Assembly (NCBI GenBank): GCA_964592105.1
Contig: CAZQBL010000017.1
Span: 1 to 61,066, forward strand
Reading direction: 5' to 3'
DNA from: an uncultured Gammaproteobacteria bacterium
GTDB lineage: Bacteria; Patescibacteriota; Patescibacteriia; UBA10025; JAHIVO01
Length of the DNA: 61,066 bases
Part shown: positions 1 through 9,867 of the stretch, in pieces
How positions within the stretch are numbered: the stretch's first letter is position 1
How the letters are laid out: each line of letters opens with the position of its first letter
Notes under the pieces: generated by a model
Seen by the model: the letters and a program-made list of their open reading frames with translations, nothing else
What the model was told of the DNA's origin: nothing
The model's database searches: none
Program-made: the position numbers and the translations under genes

Positions 1-162
1 TATCTGTGACTGGCTTGTTGTGCTTTTCCACCCATAAATACCATTTAAACCGTAATTGTTTTGGATATTTTGCTACCATATGACACTTTCTTTTTTAATA
101 GTTAACATGTGTCACTATCCTACCAGAGAAGTGTCACCAGGTAATGTAAACTATTCAGTAAA

Positions 163-191
163 TTGATTTTTCTGCAAAAATATGCTATACT
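163..191 (+). promoter_or_regulatory. sigma70-type promoter (TTGATT-17-TATACT, extended -10 TG)
   Basis: TTGATT at 163-168, 17-nt spacer, TATACT at 186-191 preceded by TG; predicted start near G199. Confidence 0.6.
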
Positions 192-198
192 TAACTTT

Positions 199-370
199 GG
201 TGATCCGAACAAGCAATTGTTTGTAAGGATCCCAGCCCTCTTTTATAAGAGATAGGGCTCACCCCCACCATTTGTCTCGATTTTGAATTTAAACATCCCC
301 AATGAAAAATTGACAATAATCACCAATTTTTTGGCAGGGATAGCTGTGACAAATGGTGGGGGGTTTTCTA
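199..370 (+). ncRNA. candidate unknown structured small RNA (~170 nt)
   Basis: Begins 7 nt after the -10 box. GGTGA(199-203)/TCACC(259-263) closes two hairpins. CCCCCACCATTTGTC(262-276) pairs with GACAAATGGTGGGGG(348-362), followed by a U-rich tract. No credible ORF. Confidence 0.45.
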
Positions 371-371
371 T

Positions 372-399
372 TTGATCAATTTTTTTTATATGTTACAAT
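372..399 (+). promoter_or_regulatory. putative promoter for the SAM-I/metK leader (TTGATC-16-TACAAT, extended -10)
   Basis: TTGATC 372-377; TG at 391-392; TACAAT 394-399. Confidence 0.45.
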
Positions 400-427
400 A
401 ATTGTGTTCATCTACAAGATAACCAAA

Positions 428-613
428 TTATCAAGAGTGAGTATCAGGGAACGGCCCAATGACGCTCCGACAACCGACCTTCGCTTGTTTTCAACGAGTT
501 TTGGTCGGCAAGCCCCCCAAAAAGGCCTGCCGCCCGTAGCCTCGAGAGAAACGAGAGATGAAGAAACGGTGCCAAGTCCGACCGCCCACCTTAGTGTGGG
601 GGAAAGATAAGAG
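428..613 (+). ncRNA. SAM-I (S-box) riboswitch aptamer with enlarged P3
   Basis: Consensus elements TTATCAAGAG..GGGA.CGGCCC.ATGA..CTCCG(A)CAACC ... GGTGCCAA.TCC ... GAAAGATAAG, directly upstream of metK. Confidence 0.9.
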
Positions 614-629
614 GTTAGACTCTTCATAG

Positions 630-660
630 AATCTCTTATCTTTTAAGAGATTTTTTGTTT
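630..660 (+). terminator. riboswitch expression-platform terminator
   Basis: AATCTCTTA/TAAGAGATT stem plus U-tract; its 5' arm (CTCTTATCTTTT) can alternatively pair with AAAGATAAGAG of the P1 3' strand (antiterminator). Confidence 0.8.
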
Positions 661-673
661 AAATAATTAATAT

Positions 674-1825
674 ATGAGTGAACGAAAAAGATTGTTTACC
701 TCGGAATCAGTGACCGAGGGGCATCCAGATAAAATCTGCGACCAGATTTCGGATGCGGTTTATGACGAAATGCTAAAGCAGGACAAGAATTGCCATTCAG
801 CCGTGGAATGTTTTGTCACTACCGGCTTGGTGATCATCGGCGGCGAGGTCAAAACTACCTGCTATGTTGATATCCAGGATATTGTCCGTCGGACACTAAA
901 ACGCATCGGCTATGATAAGCCGGAGTACGGTTTTTGTTACAAGGACGTGGGTGTTATTTCCGTAATTCATGAGCAGTCATCTGACATTGCCCAGGGTGTC
1001 GATGGCACTGGGGAACGCAAAGAGCTGGGTGCCGGCGACCAGGGCTTGATGTTCGGTTATGCCTGTGATGAAACACCGGAATACATGCCTTTAACCATTT
1101 CCTTGGCTCATCGGTTGACTAGAAGGCTGGCTGAAGTTAGGAAGAAAGGCCAACTCCCTTATTTGCGGCCAGACGGTAAATCGCAAGTAACAGTGGAATA
1201 TGTAGATGACAAGCCGCACCGGATTGACACAGTGGTTATTGCCGCGCATCATTCAGAGGGCGTTGCCATGGATAAGCTTCGCGCGGACATTAAAGAGTAT
1301 GTCATCAAGCCGGTCTTGGGTGATTGGTATAATGATAAGATTAAATTTTTTATCAATGCTACCGGGCGTTTTGTCATCGGTGGGCCTCCTGGTGATACCG
1401 GCTTAACCGGCAGAAAAATAATCGTGGATACTTATGGCGGCGTGGGTGCTCATGGTGGTGGTTGCTTTTCCGGGAAAGACGTAACAAAAGTTGACCGTAG
1501 TGCTTCATACGCCGCGCGTTACATCACTAAAAATATCGTGGCGGCGGGCTTGGCAAAAAAATGCGAAATTCAGCTGGCCTATGCCATCGGCGTGGCCGAG
1601 CCGGTTTCAATCATGGTTAATACATTTGGCACTGGTACGCTGGAAAATGGCGATATTGAAGAGCTAGTCAAGAAGAACTTCCCGCTCAAGCCGGCGGACA
1701 TCATTGAGCAGCTGAATTTGCGGCAGCCCATTTATGAAAAGACCGCTGCCTATGGCCATTTTGGCCGGACGGACGTGGAGTTCCCCTGGGAAAAATTGGA
1801 TAAAGTGGAGGTATTGAAGAAGTAA
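674..1825 (+). CDS. metK: S-adenosylmethionine synthetase
   Basis: [36 protein letters not shown] motifs. Confidence 0.99.
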   Translation: MSERKRLFTSESVTEGHPDKICDQISDAVYDEMLKQDKNCHSAVECFVTTGLVIIGGEVKTTCYVDIQDIVRRTLKRIGYDKPEYGFCYKDVGVISVIHEQSSDIAQGVDGTGERKELGAGDQGLMFGYACDETPEYMPLTISLAHRLTRRLAEVRKKGQLPYLRPDGKSQVTVEYVDDKPHRIDTVVIAAHHSEGVAMDKLRADIKEYVIKPVLGDWYNDKIKFFINATGRFVIGGPPGDTGLTGRKIIVDTYGGVGAHGGGCFSGKDVTKVDRSASYAARYITKNIVAAGLAKKCEIQLAYAIGVAEPVSIMVNTFGTGTLENGDIEELVKKNFPLKPADIIEQLNLRQPIYEKTAAYGHFGRTDVEFPWEKLDKVEVLKK

Positions 1826-2133
1826 TGAGTGATTAGTAACAGGAATTTGTCCATTATGGTGTAGCCAAAACTACAGTCTGAAGTTTGTGATCCGGTGAGA
1901 TCAAGGCTCAAGCGCTACATTTAATTTACAAAAACCGTTGGCAATGAATGAGCAGTTTTTTACTTACAGGTAAAAATTTAATTTATCCATAAAACCTGTT
2001 AGTATCAACCTGCAATGCTTATGAATTTGATAATTTCAAAAAGATTTTGTAAAAATTATCCTTGTAATAGATTGTTATCGGATGTCATCTAAACATTGAT
2101 CATAAATACTTAATAATTAACATAATAACTCTT

Positions 2134-2499
2134 ATGAGAAAATTTCTTTACTGGACTCCGCGGATTTTGAGCATTGTCATGGTTTGCTTTATCTCCCTTT
2201 TTGCCCTGGATGTTTTTGAGGATGGCAAAACAGCATGGGCAATAGCCCTAGCGCTTATTATCCACCTGCTGCCTTCCATCGCAGCAATCATTATCATTAT
2301 TGTCGCTTGGAAAAGGGAACAAATCGGCGGCTGGCTTTTTGTAGCTCTCGGTTTTGGCTTATTATTCATCGGCCAATTTCAGCTGGCCACGATTTTGATT
2401 ATCATCCTGCCCACAGTAGTAATTGGTGTGATGTTCTTGGCGCACTATCATAAGTATATGAAAGTAACAAAAGGGTCTTCTGCGCCATCAGCTGGATGA
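2134..2499 (+). CDS. small multi-pass membrane protein, unknown function
   Basis: 121 aa, about four hydrophobic segments (WTPRILSI..FISLFALDVF..). Confidence 0.75.
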   Translation: MRKFLYWTPRILSIVMVCFISLFALDVFEDGKTAWAIALALIIHLLPSIAAIIIIIVAWKREQIGGWLFVALGFGLLFIGQFQLATILIIILPTVVIGVMFLAHYHKYMKVTKGSSAPSAG

Positions 2500-2821
2500 A
2501 GCGGTCATACGGGCCGTATGAAGGATAGTAAGAAGCAAGAGTTTCCGCCCGAGTCCGTTATTTTTTTGATTTTTTTGTGATTTGGGCAATATGTAAGCAG
2601 TAGAGCTTTTCCCGAGGAAGGTTTTTTATGGCCCAACAAAGAATATATTAGGAAGAATTTCCATATTTCGTGACGTTCCGCCCGGCTGGAGGAATTGTTC
2701 TGTTTTTTGAAGTTTATATTGAACTTTTTTAGGATTGACATTTTGGCTAAGTATGATGCTAAAATCGACGTATAAAATAGCATTTTGACATTTTTCAAAA
2801 CTACAAACAAAGGAGGATTTC

Positions 2822-3747
2822 ATGTTTTTTTATGTGGTAATTTGCGGCTTGCTTTTAATTTCAGCGGCGGCAGCCGAGGATATCGCCATCATTGATTATG
2901 TTGGCGATTTTGACACCGCCGGTCAGCATATTTATCAGATGTTGAACGGTCAACAGTACGATGTGTCATATTCCCATGTCTATTATTACATGCCTTGGAG
3001 AAATCCTTCGCTTTTAATCGTTTTTACAGCGGGTGGTGAATATGAGCTTAATCAGGAACAAGTATTCCAGATTGTCGAGCACCTGAGGGGCAGCGGATCA
3101 TTAATGCTTTTTGGCGACGGAGCGCATTGGCTATCTTTATACTGGTGTGGTACTGATATTGCCACGTCCGTTGTTTATCCAATTTCGGGCTTAACAGGTT
3201 CGGGTGCTTTAGAGGGATTTTATTCGCTCTGCGAAGAAATTAATTATAATAGTATCAGCGCCTGCCCCTCGTCGGCGGTGGAGCAGAGGTAATTTTATCC
3301 GGTAATAATAATATTTGCGTTTCAAGAGGAACTGTTTACCAGGACACTATTTATGACTACAAGATGGCTGTTTTCAGCGTTTATCCGATGCACATAAATT
3401 CACTGTCGCTGTTTTTTAACATGATGATCCAGAATTACTTTCGTATTTATCCGGTCCAGATTATCGGTGATGACACAAAATCACAGTCGGCTTCTTTCAC
3501 TAATTGTTATCCTAATCCGTTTAATAGCTCCGTCAGAATTATTTATTACGCCAGCAAATCCTGCCTTGGTTCGATAAAAATATACGATTTACTTGGTCGG
3601 GAGTTAATTACTTTGCATGCAGGTCAGTTTAATACAGACCAGAATGAATTCTGGTGGCGGGCGACAGACATGCCGTCGGGAGTATATTTCTATAAAATTA
3701 CCACTGATGGTTGTTCTGTCGCGAAAAAAATGTCTTTGGTAAGATGA
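2822..3747 (+). pseudogene. frameshifted secreted protein with T9SS/Por-type C-terminal (FlgD-Ig-like) sorting domain
   Basis: Strong SD (AAAGGAGG) and signal peptide. ORF 2822-3292 joins the frame of 3364-3747 by one -1 shift near the C4 run at 3265-3268. C-terminus YPNPFN..IYDLLGRE..MPSGVYFYK..KKMSLVR. Confidence 0.75.
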
Positions 3748-3759
3748 ACCTTACGTCTG

Positions 3760-3788
3760 GCATCCAGGTTTTTTCCTGGGTGCTTTTT
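3760..3788 (+). terminator. intrinsic terminator
   Basis: GCATCCAGG/CCTGGGTGC stem plus TTTTT. Confidence 0.65.
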
Positions 3789-4159
3789 GGTAGATATAAA
3801 TTAGTCGGGTATTATAAATCATAATGGAATCAAAAAGAGTAGAAATGGACCGGGTTTTCCTTTTTGCCTGGGAAACATTGATCAAGAATTTTTGGAATTT
3901 CATCGGGTTAGCGGTGGTTACGTCTCCGGTCTAGCTAGTCCGTGTACGTCTTTACCGGACTATGCGGGTCGAGCCGGTAACTATGGCCTTTCCTCCAACC
4001 GACAAACCTCAGCCAACATAATAGGAAAGTTTTTGACAGGGGTTGTTTTGAGGTAATTTACGATTACAAAACGTTATCGCCAATCCAGCTAAACATCTGG
4101 ATTTTTGCGTTTGTTTTTTGCCATTAATGCGATTATAATACCATTGAAAGGATTATTTT

Positions 4160-4561
4160 ATGCTCAAAAAATCGTTAATAATTTCTGCCTTTCTTTTTCT
4201 TTTAGTCGTGGTAGTTAGCGGTTGCGCTCATACGAACGCCAACAAAAATACGAATACTTTTTCGGCCGCGGATATTGTGACCGGCACGGCGGACGTGAAA
4301 ATAAAAGAGCAGACCGATAAGGATCTGGCTGTGATCAAAGCCAAAGAGCTGTGGCGCATTCAGTTTCAGATGGGGGCGGATCTATCCGCTGGCCCTTGTT
4401 TGTCCAATAGTGTTATTCCCGACTGGGTGGCGGACATTGCCCATAGCCCGCGGCAAAAAGTTGACGATAAACCGGAGAATCAGTGTTCGGCTTATCGCGA
4501 CGGCACGGCTCATCATTTTGTGGAGTTAGATCCGGATGGTAACTTAATCAGAGCGAAATGA
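4160..4561 (+). CDS. hypothetical lipoprotein
   Basis: Signal peptide with lipobox VSGC; Cys-containing periplasmic domain. Confidence 0.75.
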   Translation: MLKKSLIISAFLFLLVVVVSGCAHTNANKNTNTFSAADIVTGTADVKIKEQTDKDLAVIKAKELWRIQFQMGADLSAGPCLSNSVIPDWVADIAHSPRQKVDDKPENQCSAYRDGTAHHFVELDPDGNLIRAK

Positions 4562-4884
4562 TAAATTTGCCTCAATATATGATTTATGTTTACATCCACT
4601 ATCCGACATTAAAAGTAGCTAGGCGTATTTCAAAAATGCTTTTGCGTAAGCACCTTGTTGCTTGCGTCAATTTTTTTAAACAGGAAGATATGTATTGGTG
4701 GCAGGGGAAGATGGTCCATACTAAAGGTATCGTGACATTAGCCATTACTCAGAAAAAACATTATACAGCCATCGAGACACTAGTCAAAAAATATCATTTA
4801 TTTAAGGTACCGTGTATTATGGAATTGCCAATTGGACGGGCGCTGCCGGCGTATACCCGGTGGCTCAAAAAAGAAACATCATGA
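4558..4884 (+). CDS. cutA: CutA family divalent-cation tolerance protein (divergent)
   Basis: LVACVN, YWWQGK, H.FKVPCI motifs; ATGA overlap with upstream gene. Confidence 0.85.
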   Translation: MINLPQYMIYVYIHYPTLKVARRISKMLLRKHLVACVNFFKQEDMYWWQGKMVHTKGIVTLAITQKKHYTAIETLVKKYHLFKVPCIMELPIGRALPAYTRWLKKETS

Positions 4885-6158
4885 AAGCACTGCTCAAAAA
4901 AATAACCCCCAAATTTCTTATTAAATGTTATCATTTTACCCTGGCTAAACTGGGAGCCTGGCTATACGGCCATCCTTCGCAGAAGATGATTGTTATCGGC
5001 GTGACCGGCACCAAAGGCAAGTCCACCGTGGTTAATCTGGCTGCCAAAATTTTGGAGGGAGCTGGATATAAAGTAGGGCTAACTTCCACAATCGGCTTTA
5101 AAATTGCCGACAAGGAATGGGCGAACGACACCAAGCAAACAATGCAGGGCAGATTCCGGTTGCAGCAACTTTTATCTCAGATGGTAAAGGCCGGTTGTCG
5201 GTACGCGGTTATTGAAACTTCTTCAGAGGGTATTGCCCAGTACCGGCAAGTGGGCATTGACTATGATATAGCCGTGTTTACTAATTTGTCGCCCGAGCAC
5301 ATTGAGTCGCACGGCAGTTTTGAAAACTACAAACTGGCCAAAGCCAAATTATTTTCCGGCTTGCAATCTAGTTTTCATAAAACGATTGATAGCCGCCCAG
5401 TTAAAAAGATTATTATTGCCAATGCCGACGACAAACTGGCGGAATATTTTTTGCAATTTCCGGCTGATGAAAAAATTACCGTTAGTTTGCGTCCCAACGG
5501 CGGCACCCTTTGCGCGGCACAGATTATGGTCACCGATCACGGCACTAATTTTAAGGTGAATAACGAAAGTGTTCAGTTGCGCTTACTGGGTGAGTTCAAT
5601 GTGGTCAATGCCTTGCTGGCCCTGGCCGTGGGCCAATCGCAGGGGATTGAATTTTCCGTTATGAAAAAAACTTTGGAAAATGTCAGAAGTCTCCCGGGCC
5701 GGATGGAGGAAATAAAAAATAACAAGAGATTTCGAGTTTTTGTGGATTACGCGCATGAGCCTGCTTCGCTTGAAGCGGTTTATAAAACTGTAAAGAGTTT
5801 CCGACCAAATAAAATAATCGCCGTGCTCGGTTCGCAGGGTGGCGGCCGAGATAAAGCCAAGCGCCCGGTCCTGGGTAAGTTAGCCGGCCAATACGCTGAT
5901 TATGTTATCGTGACTAATGAAGATCCCTATGACGAAGATCCGCAGCAGATTATTGATGAAGTCGCTGGTGGTTCGCAGCAAGCGGTTGAAAAAATACTGG
6001 ATAGAAAAGAAGCCATTCAGAGAGCCCTGTCTCTGGCTCAGGCCGGCGATATAGTCATTATTACTGGTAAAGGCAGCGAGACGGTCATGGCTGTTGATGG
6101 TGGAAAAAAAATACCGTGGGACGATCGGGCGGTGGTGAGAAGTATATTAGGCAGTTAA
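4881..6158 (+). CDS. murE: UDP-N-acetylmuramyl-tripeptide synthetase (Mur ligase)
   Basis: GVTGTKGKST P-loop, IETSSEG, FTNLSPEHIE, VDYAH, NEDP, ITGKG; start moved to ATG 4881, which overlaps the cutA stop. Confidence 0.93.
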   Translation: MKALLKKITPKFLIKCYHFTLAKLGAWLYGHPSQKMIVIGVTGTKGKSTVVNLAAKILEGAGYKVGLTSTIGFKIADKEWANDTKQTMQGRFRLQQLLSQMVKAGCRYAVIETSSEGIAQYRQVGIDYDIAVFTNLSPEHIESHGSFENYKLAKAKLFSGLQSSFHKTIDSRPVKKIIIANADDKLAEYFLQFPADEKITVSLRPNGGTLCAAQIMVTDHGTNFKVNNESVQLRLLGEFNVVNALLALAVGQSQGIEFSVMKKTLENVRSLPGRMEEIKNNKRFRVFVDYAHEPASLEAVYKTVKSFRPNKIIAVLGSQGGGRDKAKRPVLGKLAGQYADYVIVTNEDPYDEDPQQIIDEVAGGSQQAVEKILDRKEAIQRALSLAQAGDIVIITGKGSETVMAVDGGKKIPWDDRAVVRSILGS

Positions 6159-6275
6159 TGGTTGTGGATAATATGTGGGTAGTAGCAGTCCATTTTTGAC
6201 CTGATTTTTGAATGTTTTTTTAAATTTGGCTATATTTAGCCAAAATAATAAATAAGCATTCAAGCCAAACAAAAC

Positions 6276-6304
6276 TTGACAGACTGTTTTTCATCTGTTA
6301 CACT
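6276..6304 (+). promoter_or_regulatory. rpoBC promoter (TTGACA-17-TACACT)
   Basis: Consensus -35 at 6276-6281 and -10 at 6299-6304. Confidence 0.65.
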
Positions 6305-6463
6305 CGTAATTACATAATATTCCTTAATATTTTGATTAAGGAAAACGTCTAAACATTCAATGACGTTGTAAAATCAATTATTTTAATGAGACATTAGGGC
6401 AGTGTTTTAATTTTTTCTCACTCTTCCTTTGAGGTAGTTTTTTTGGGAAGAGCGTTGTTTTTT

Positions 6464-9400
6464 ATGTTCAATTCGGAAAAAAAACGAATAGTTGAAAAAA
6501 ATCGAAAATTTTTCACCGACAGCCGTACGGCACTGAATATGCCGGACTTGATTGAAGTTCAAAAAACTTCATACCATTGGTTTCTGAAAGAAGGTCTAAA
6601 AGAATTATTTGAGGAAGTTTCGCCTATCCGTGATTTCATCGGCCGCGACCTGGAGCTGTATTTTTTGAATTATTATTTAGATGAACCGCGTTTCGACGAA
6701 CGCACAGCCAAAGCTAAAAATGTCTCTTTCGAAGCGCCGCTGCGAGTAGAGACTAAATTGGTTAACAAAAAAACCGGTGAAATAAAAGAGCAGGAAGTAT
6801 TTTTGGGTGATTTCCCTCTGATGACCGACCGTGGCACTTTTATTATTAATGGTATTGAGCGCGTAGTGGTCAGCCAGCTGATTAGATCGGCTGGCGCTTT
6901 TTTTACTTCCGAAATTATCCGCGGTCGCAGATTTTATGGCGCCAAGATTATTCCGAACCGCGGCGCCTGGCTGGAAATTGAAACCGACGCCAACAATGTT
7001 TTGTCGGTCAAAATAGATCGCAAAAGAAAAGTCGCCATCACCTCCTTGTTACGGGCTTTCGGCTTTAGCACCGATGAGCAGATCAGAGCGCTGTTTACTG
7101 ATGTTGACACCAATCCTGATAATCGCTATATCGAGTCTACTTTGGCCAAGGATGTGGCTAGGAATGAAGCCGAGGGCTTGCGCGAAGTCTACAAAAGAAT
7201 TAGACCAGGGGATTTGGCTACTACAGATAATGCCAGAGATTTAATTTATAAAATGTTTTTCAGTTTCGACCGCTATGATTTCGGGCGCGTCGGCCGCTAT
7301 AAATTGAACCAGCGCCTGGGATTAGATTTTCCCAACGACAAAGAACATCGCGTGCTGCAAAAAGAGGACTTGATCGCTATTATTAAGCAGGTAATCATCC
7401 TTAATAATGAACAGCGGGAAGCTGATGATATAGATCATTTGGGTAACAGGCGGGTTAGGGCTATTGGCGAACTGGTTCAGAATAAATTTAGAATTGGCTT
7501 AGCACGTATGGAGCGTATTATTAAAGACCGCATGAGCACTCTGGATATCAATACTTTGACCCCCAATCAACTGATTAACGCACGGCCGATTATCGGCGCC
7601 ATCAAGGAGTTTTTCATGTCCTCCCAACTTTCCCAATTTATGGATCAGACCAATCCTCTGGCTGAACTTGAACACAAGCGTCGTTTGTCAGCCATGGGTC
7701 CGGGCGGTCTTTCGCGCGAACGGGCCGGCTTCGACGTTCGTGACGTGCATCGTACCCACTACGGCCGAATTTGCCCAATTGCCACGCCCGAAGGACCTAA
7801 TATCGGTTTGGTCGGCCATCTGTCCTGTTATGCCCGGGTCAATGAATTCGGTTTTATCGAGACGCCTTTCCGCAAAGTTATACATGACGTGGAAAACAAA
7901 CCAGCCAAGACTGTCGGAGAGATTTCGCGAGTAGATATTCTTGATCCGTCCACCCAAGCTGTTTTGGTGAAAAGTGGCGAGATTATCACCGAAAATCTGG
8001 CTAAAAAATTAGCCGAACTTGATATTAAAACAATCCCGGTCAAGCCTCATGTCTCAAGAGAGATAGTTTACATGGACGCTTTTATTGAAGAGCATTATGT
8101 GACCACGGCAGCTACCACTCCTATAGACAAAGACGGTTATTTCATTGAGGAAAGAGTGGAAGTTCGTAAACATGGCGAGCCTACGTTTGATTACGTCTGG
8201 AAGGTGGATTATATGGATGTAGCTCCTTATCAGATTGTTAGTGTAACTACAGCCCTTATCCCTTTTTTGGAACATGATGACGCGGTCAGGGCTTTGATGG
8301 GCTCAAACATGCAACGTCAGTCAGTGCCTTGTATTAAGCCCCAGACGCCTTTGGTCGGTACCGGTGTGGAAACCGAAGCGGCTTGCGATTCCGGACAAGT
8401 GGTGATTAGTGAAGAGGATGGCAAGGTTACTTTTGTCGATGGTCAGGAAATTCAGGTTTTGGGTAAGAGTGGTAAACTGAGAAAATATTTATTGCAGAAA
8501 TTTGTGCGTTCTAATGCTTCGACCTGTATCAATCAGCATCCAATTGTCTCTTTGAATCAGGAAGTGAAAAAGGGTTCGGTGCTAGCCGATGGTCCTTCTA
8601 CCGACGGCGGTGAATTGGCCTTGGGCCAGAATGTGCTGGTCGCTTTCATGCCTTGGGAAGGCGGTAATTATGAAGACGCCATTCTTATTTCCGAGCGCTT
8701 GGTTCAGACCGATCGTTATACCTCCATACACATTGAGGATTATACGGTGGATGTGCGTGATACGAAATTGGGCCCTGAAGTAGTTACGCGCGATATCCCT
8801 AATATCGGCGAAGAAAAGCTAAAAGACTTGGACGAAGAGGGTATCGTCAGAATCGGCGCTGAGGTTTCCTCGGGCGATATTTTGGTGGGAAAAATTACGC
8901 CAAAAGGCGAGACTGAACTTTCGGCTGAGGAAAAATTACTTCGCGCTATCTTTGGCGAAAAAGCCAAGGACGTCAAAGACAGCTCGCTGTACCTAGAGCA
9001 TGGTGAACACGGTAAGGTGGTAGACATTAAAGTTTTTTCCCGTGAACAGGGTGATAAACTGGCTGCGGGCATCCTCAAGACCATCCAGGTTTCAGTGGCT
9101 CAGCTGCGCAAAATTCAGGTTGGCGACAAAATGGCCGGCCGCCACGGCAACAAAGGTGTGATTTCCAGGATCGTGGCGGTGGAAGATATGCCTTTTTTAG
9201 CTGACGGCACGCCGGTGGATATTATTTTGAATCCCTTGGGCGTGGCTTCGCGTATGAACATCGGTCAGATTTTAGAGACCCATTTGGGTTTGGCCGCCAA
9301 AACACTCGGCTATACCGTAGCCAGTCCGGCTTTGAATGGCGTGCCAGAGGATATAATTAGAGCCGAACTGAAAAAGGCTGGTTTTTCCAAAGACGGCAAG

Positions 9401-9865
9401 ATTGAGCTTCGTGACGGACGGACCGGCGAGGTTTTCCATAACAAAGTGACGGTCGGTTATATATATATGATGAAATTGAACCATATGGTTGAGGATAAAA
9501 TTCATATGCGCTCGATCGGCCCTTATTCCTTGGTGACTCAGCAGCCATTGGGCGGTAAAGCGCAATTCGGCGGCCAGAGATTCGGCGAAATGGAAGTCTG
9601 GGCGCTGGAGGCGTATGGCGCCGCTAATACTCTGCAGGAAATGTTGACGATAAAATCTGATGACGTACCCGGCCGCTCGCGTGCTTATGAGGCCATCATT
9701 AAAGGTGAACCCATCAAGAAACTGAATGTGCCCGAATCTTTTAACGTTCTGGTCCGCGAGCTGAAAGGTTTGTGTCTGGATGTGGAATTGATTAATGGCG
9801 CGCCGCACGAAGATTCAGAACAGAGAGGGCGTGAGAGTCAGTCTCCTAAAAAAGAGAAAAAATAA
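6464..9865 (+). CDS. rpoB: DNA-directed RNA polymerase beta subunit
   Basis: [29 protein letters not shown] and other motifs; ATG 6464 preferred over TTG 6443. Confidence 0.99.
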   Translation: MFNSEKKRIVEKNRKFFTDSRTALNMPDLIEVQKTSYHWFLKEGLKELFEEVSPIRDFIGRDLELYFLNYYLDEPRFDERTAKAKNVSFEAPLRVETKLVNKKTGEIKEQEVFLGDFPLMTDRGTFIINGIERVVVSQLIRSAGAFFTSEIIRGRRFYGAKIIPNRGAWLEIETDANNVLSVKIDRKRKVAITSLLRAFGFSTDEQIRALFTDVDTNPDNRYIESTLAKDVARNEAEGLREVYKRIRPGDLATTDNARDLIYKMFFSFDRYDFGRVGRYKLNQRLGLDFPNDKEHRVLQKEDLIAIIKQVIILNNEQREADDIDHLGNRRVRAIGELVQNKFRIGLARMERIIKDRMSTLDINTLTPNQLINARPIIGAIKEFFMSSQLSQFMDQTNPLAELEHKRRLSAMGPGGLSRERAGFDVRDVHRTHYGRICPIATPEGPNIGLVGHLSCYARVNEFGFIETPFRKVIHDVENKPAKTVGEISRVDILDPSTQAVLVKSGEIITENLAKKLAELDIKTIPVKPHVSREIVYMDAFIEEHYVTTAATTPIDKDGYFIEERVEVRKHGEPTFDYVWKVDYMDVAPYQIVSVTTALIPFLEHDDAVRALMGSNMQRQSVPCIKPQTPLVGTGVETEAACDSGQVVISEEDGKVTFVDGQEIQVLGKSGKLRKYLLQKFVRSNASTCINQHPIVSLNQEVKKGSVLADGPSTDGGELALGQNVLVAFMPWEGGNYEDAILISERLVQTDRYTSIHIEDYTVDVRDTKLGPEVVTRDIPNIGEEKLKDLDEEGIVRIGAEVSSGDILVGKITPKGETELSAEEKLLRAIFGEKAKDVKDSSLYLEHGEHGKVVDIKVFSREQGDKLAAGILKTIQVSVAQLRKIQVGDKMAGRHGNKGVISRIVAVEDMPFLADGTPVDIILNPLGVASRMNIGQILETHLGLAAKTLGYTVASPALNGVPEDIIRAELKKAGFSKDGKIELRDGRTGEVFHNKVTVGYIYMMKLNHMVEDKIHMRSIGPYSLVTQQPLGGKAQFGGQRFGEMEVWALEAYGAANTLQEMLTIKSDDVPGRSRAYEAIIKGEPIKKLNVPESFNVLVRELKGLCLDVELINGAPHEDSEQRGRESQSPKKEKK

Positions 9866-9867
9866 TT

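Noticed and set aside
1-35. Possible minus-strand gene start (MGGKAQQASH..) running off the window
   Set aside because: Too short to support
258-270. CCCCCACCA resembling a tRNA/tmRNA 3' end
   Set aside because: No T-arm (TTCG/RA) or acceptor-stem partner; it is better explained as one arm of the 262-276/348-362 stem
353-627. ORFs 353-610 (+) and 412-627 (-)
   Set aside because: They overlap the SAM-I riboswitch and have no protein features
1860-1919. Small multi-stem structure after metK (TGTAGC/GCTACA, TGATC/GATCA) considered as a ribozyme or tRNA remnant
   Set aside because: No hammerhead, HDV, twister or tRNA core motifs; short stems could arise by chance
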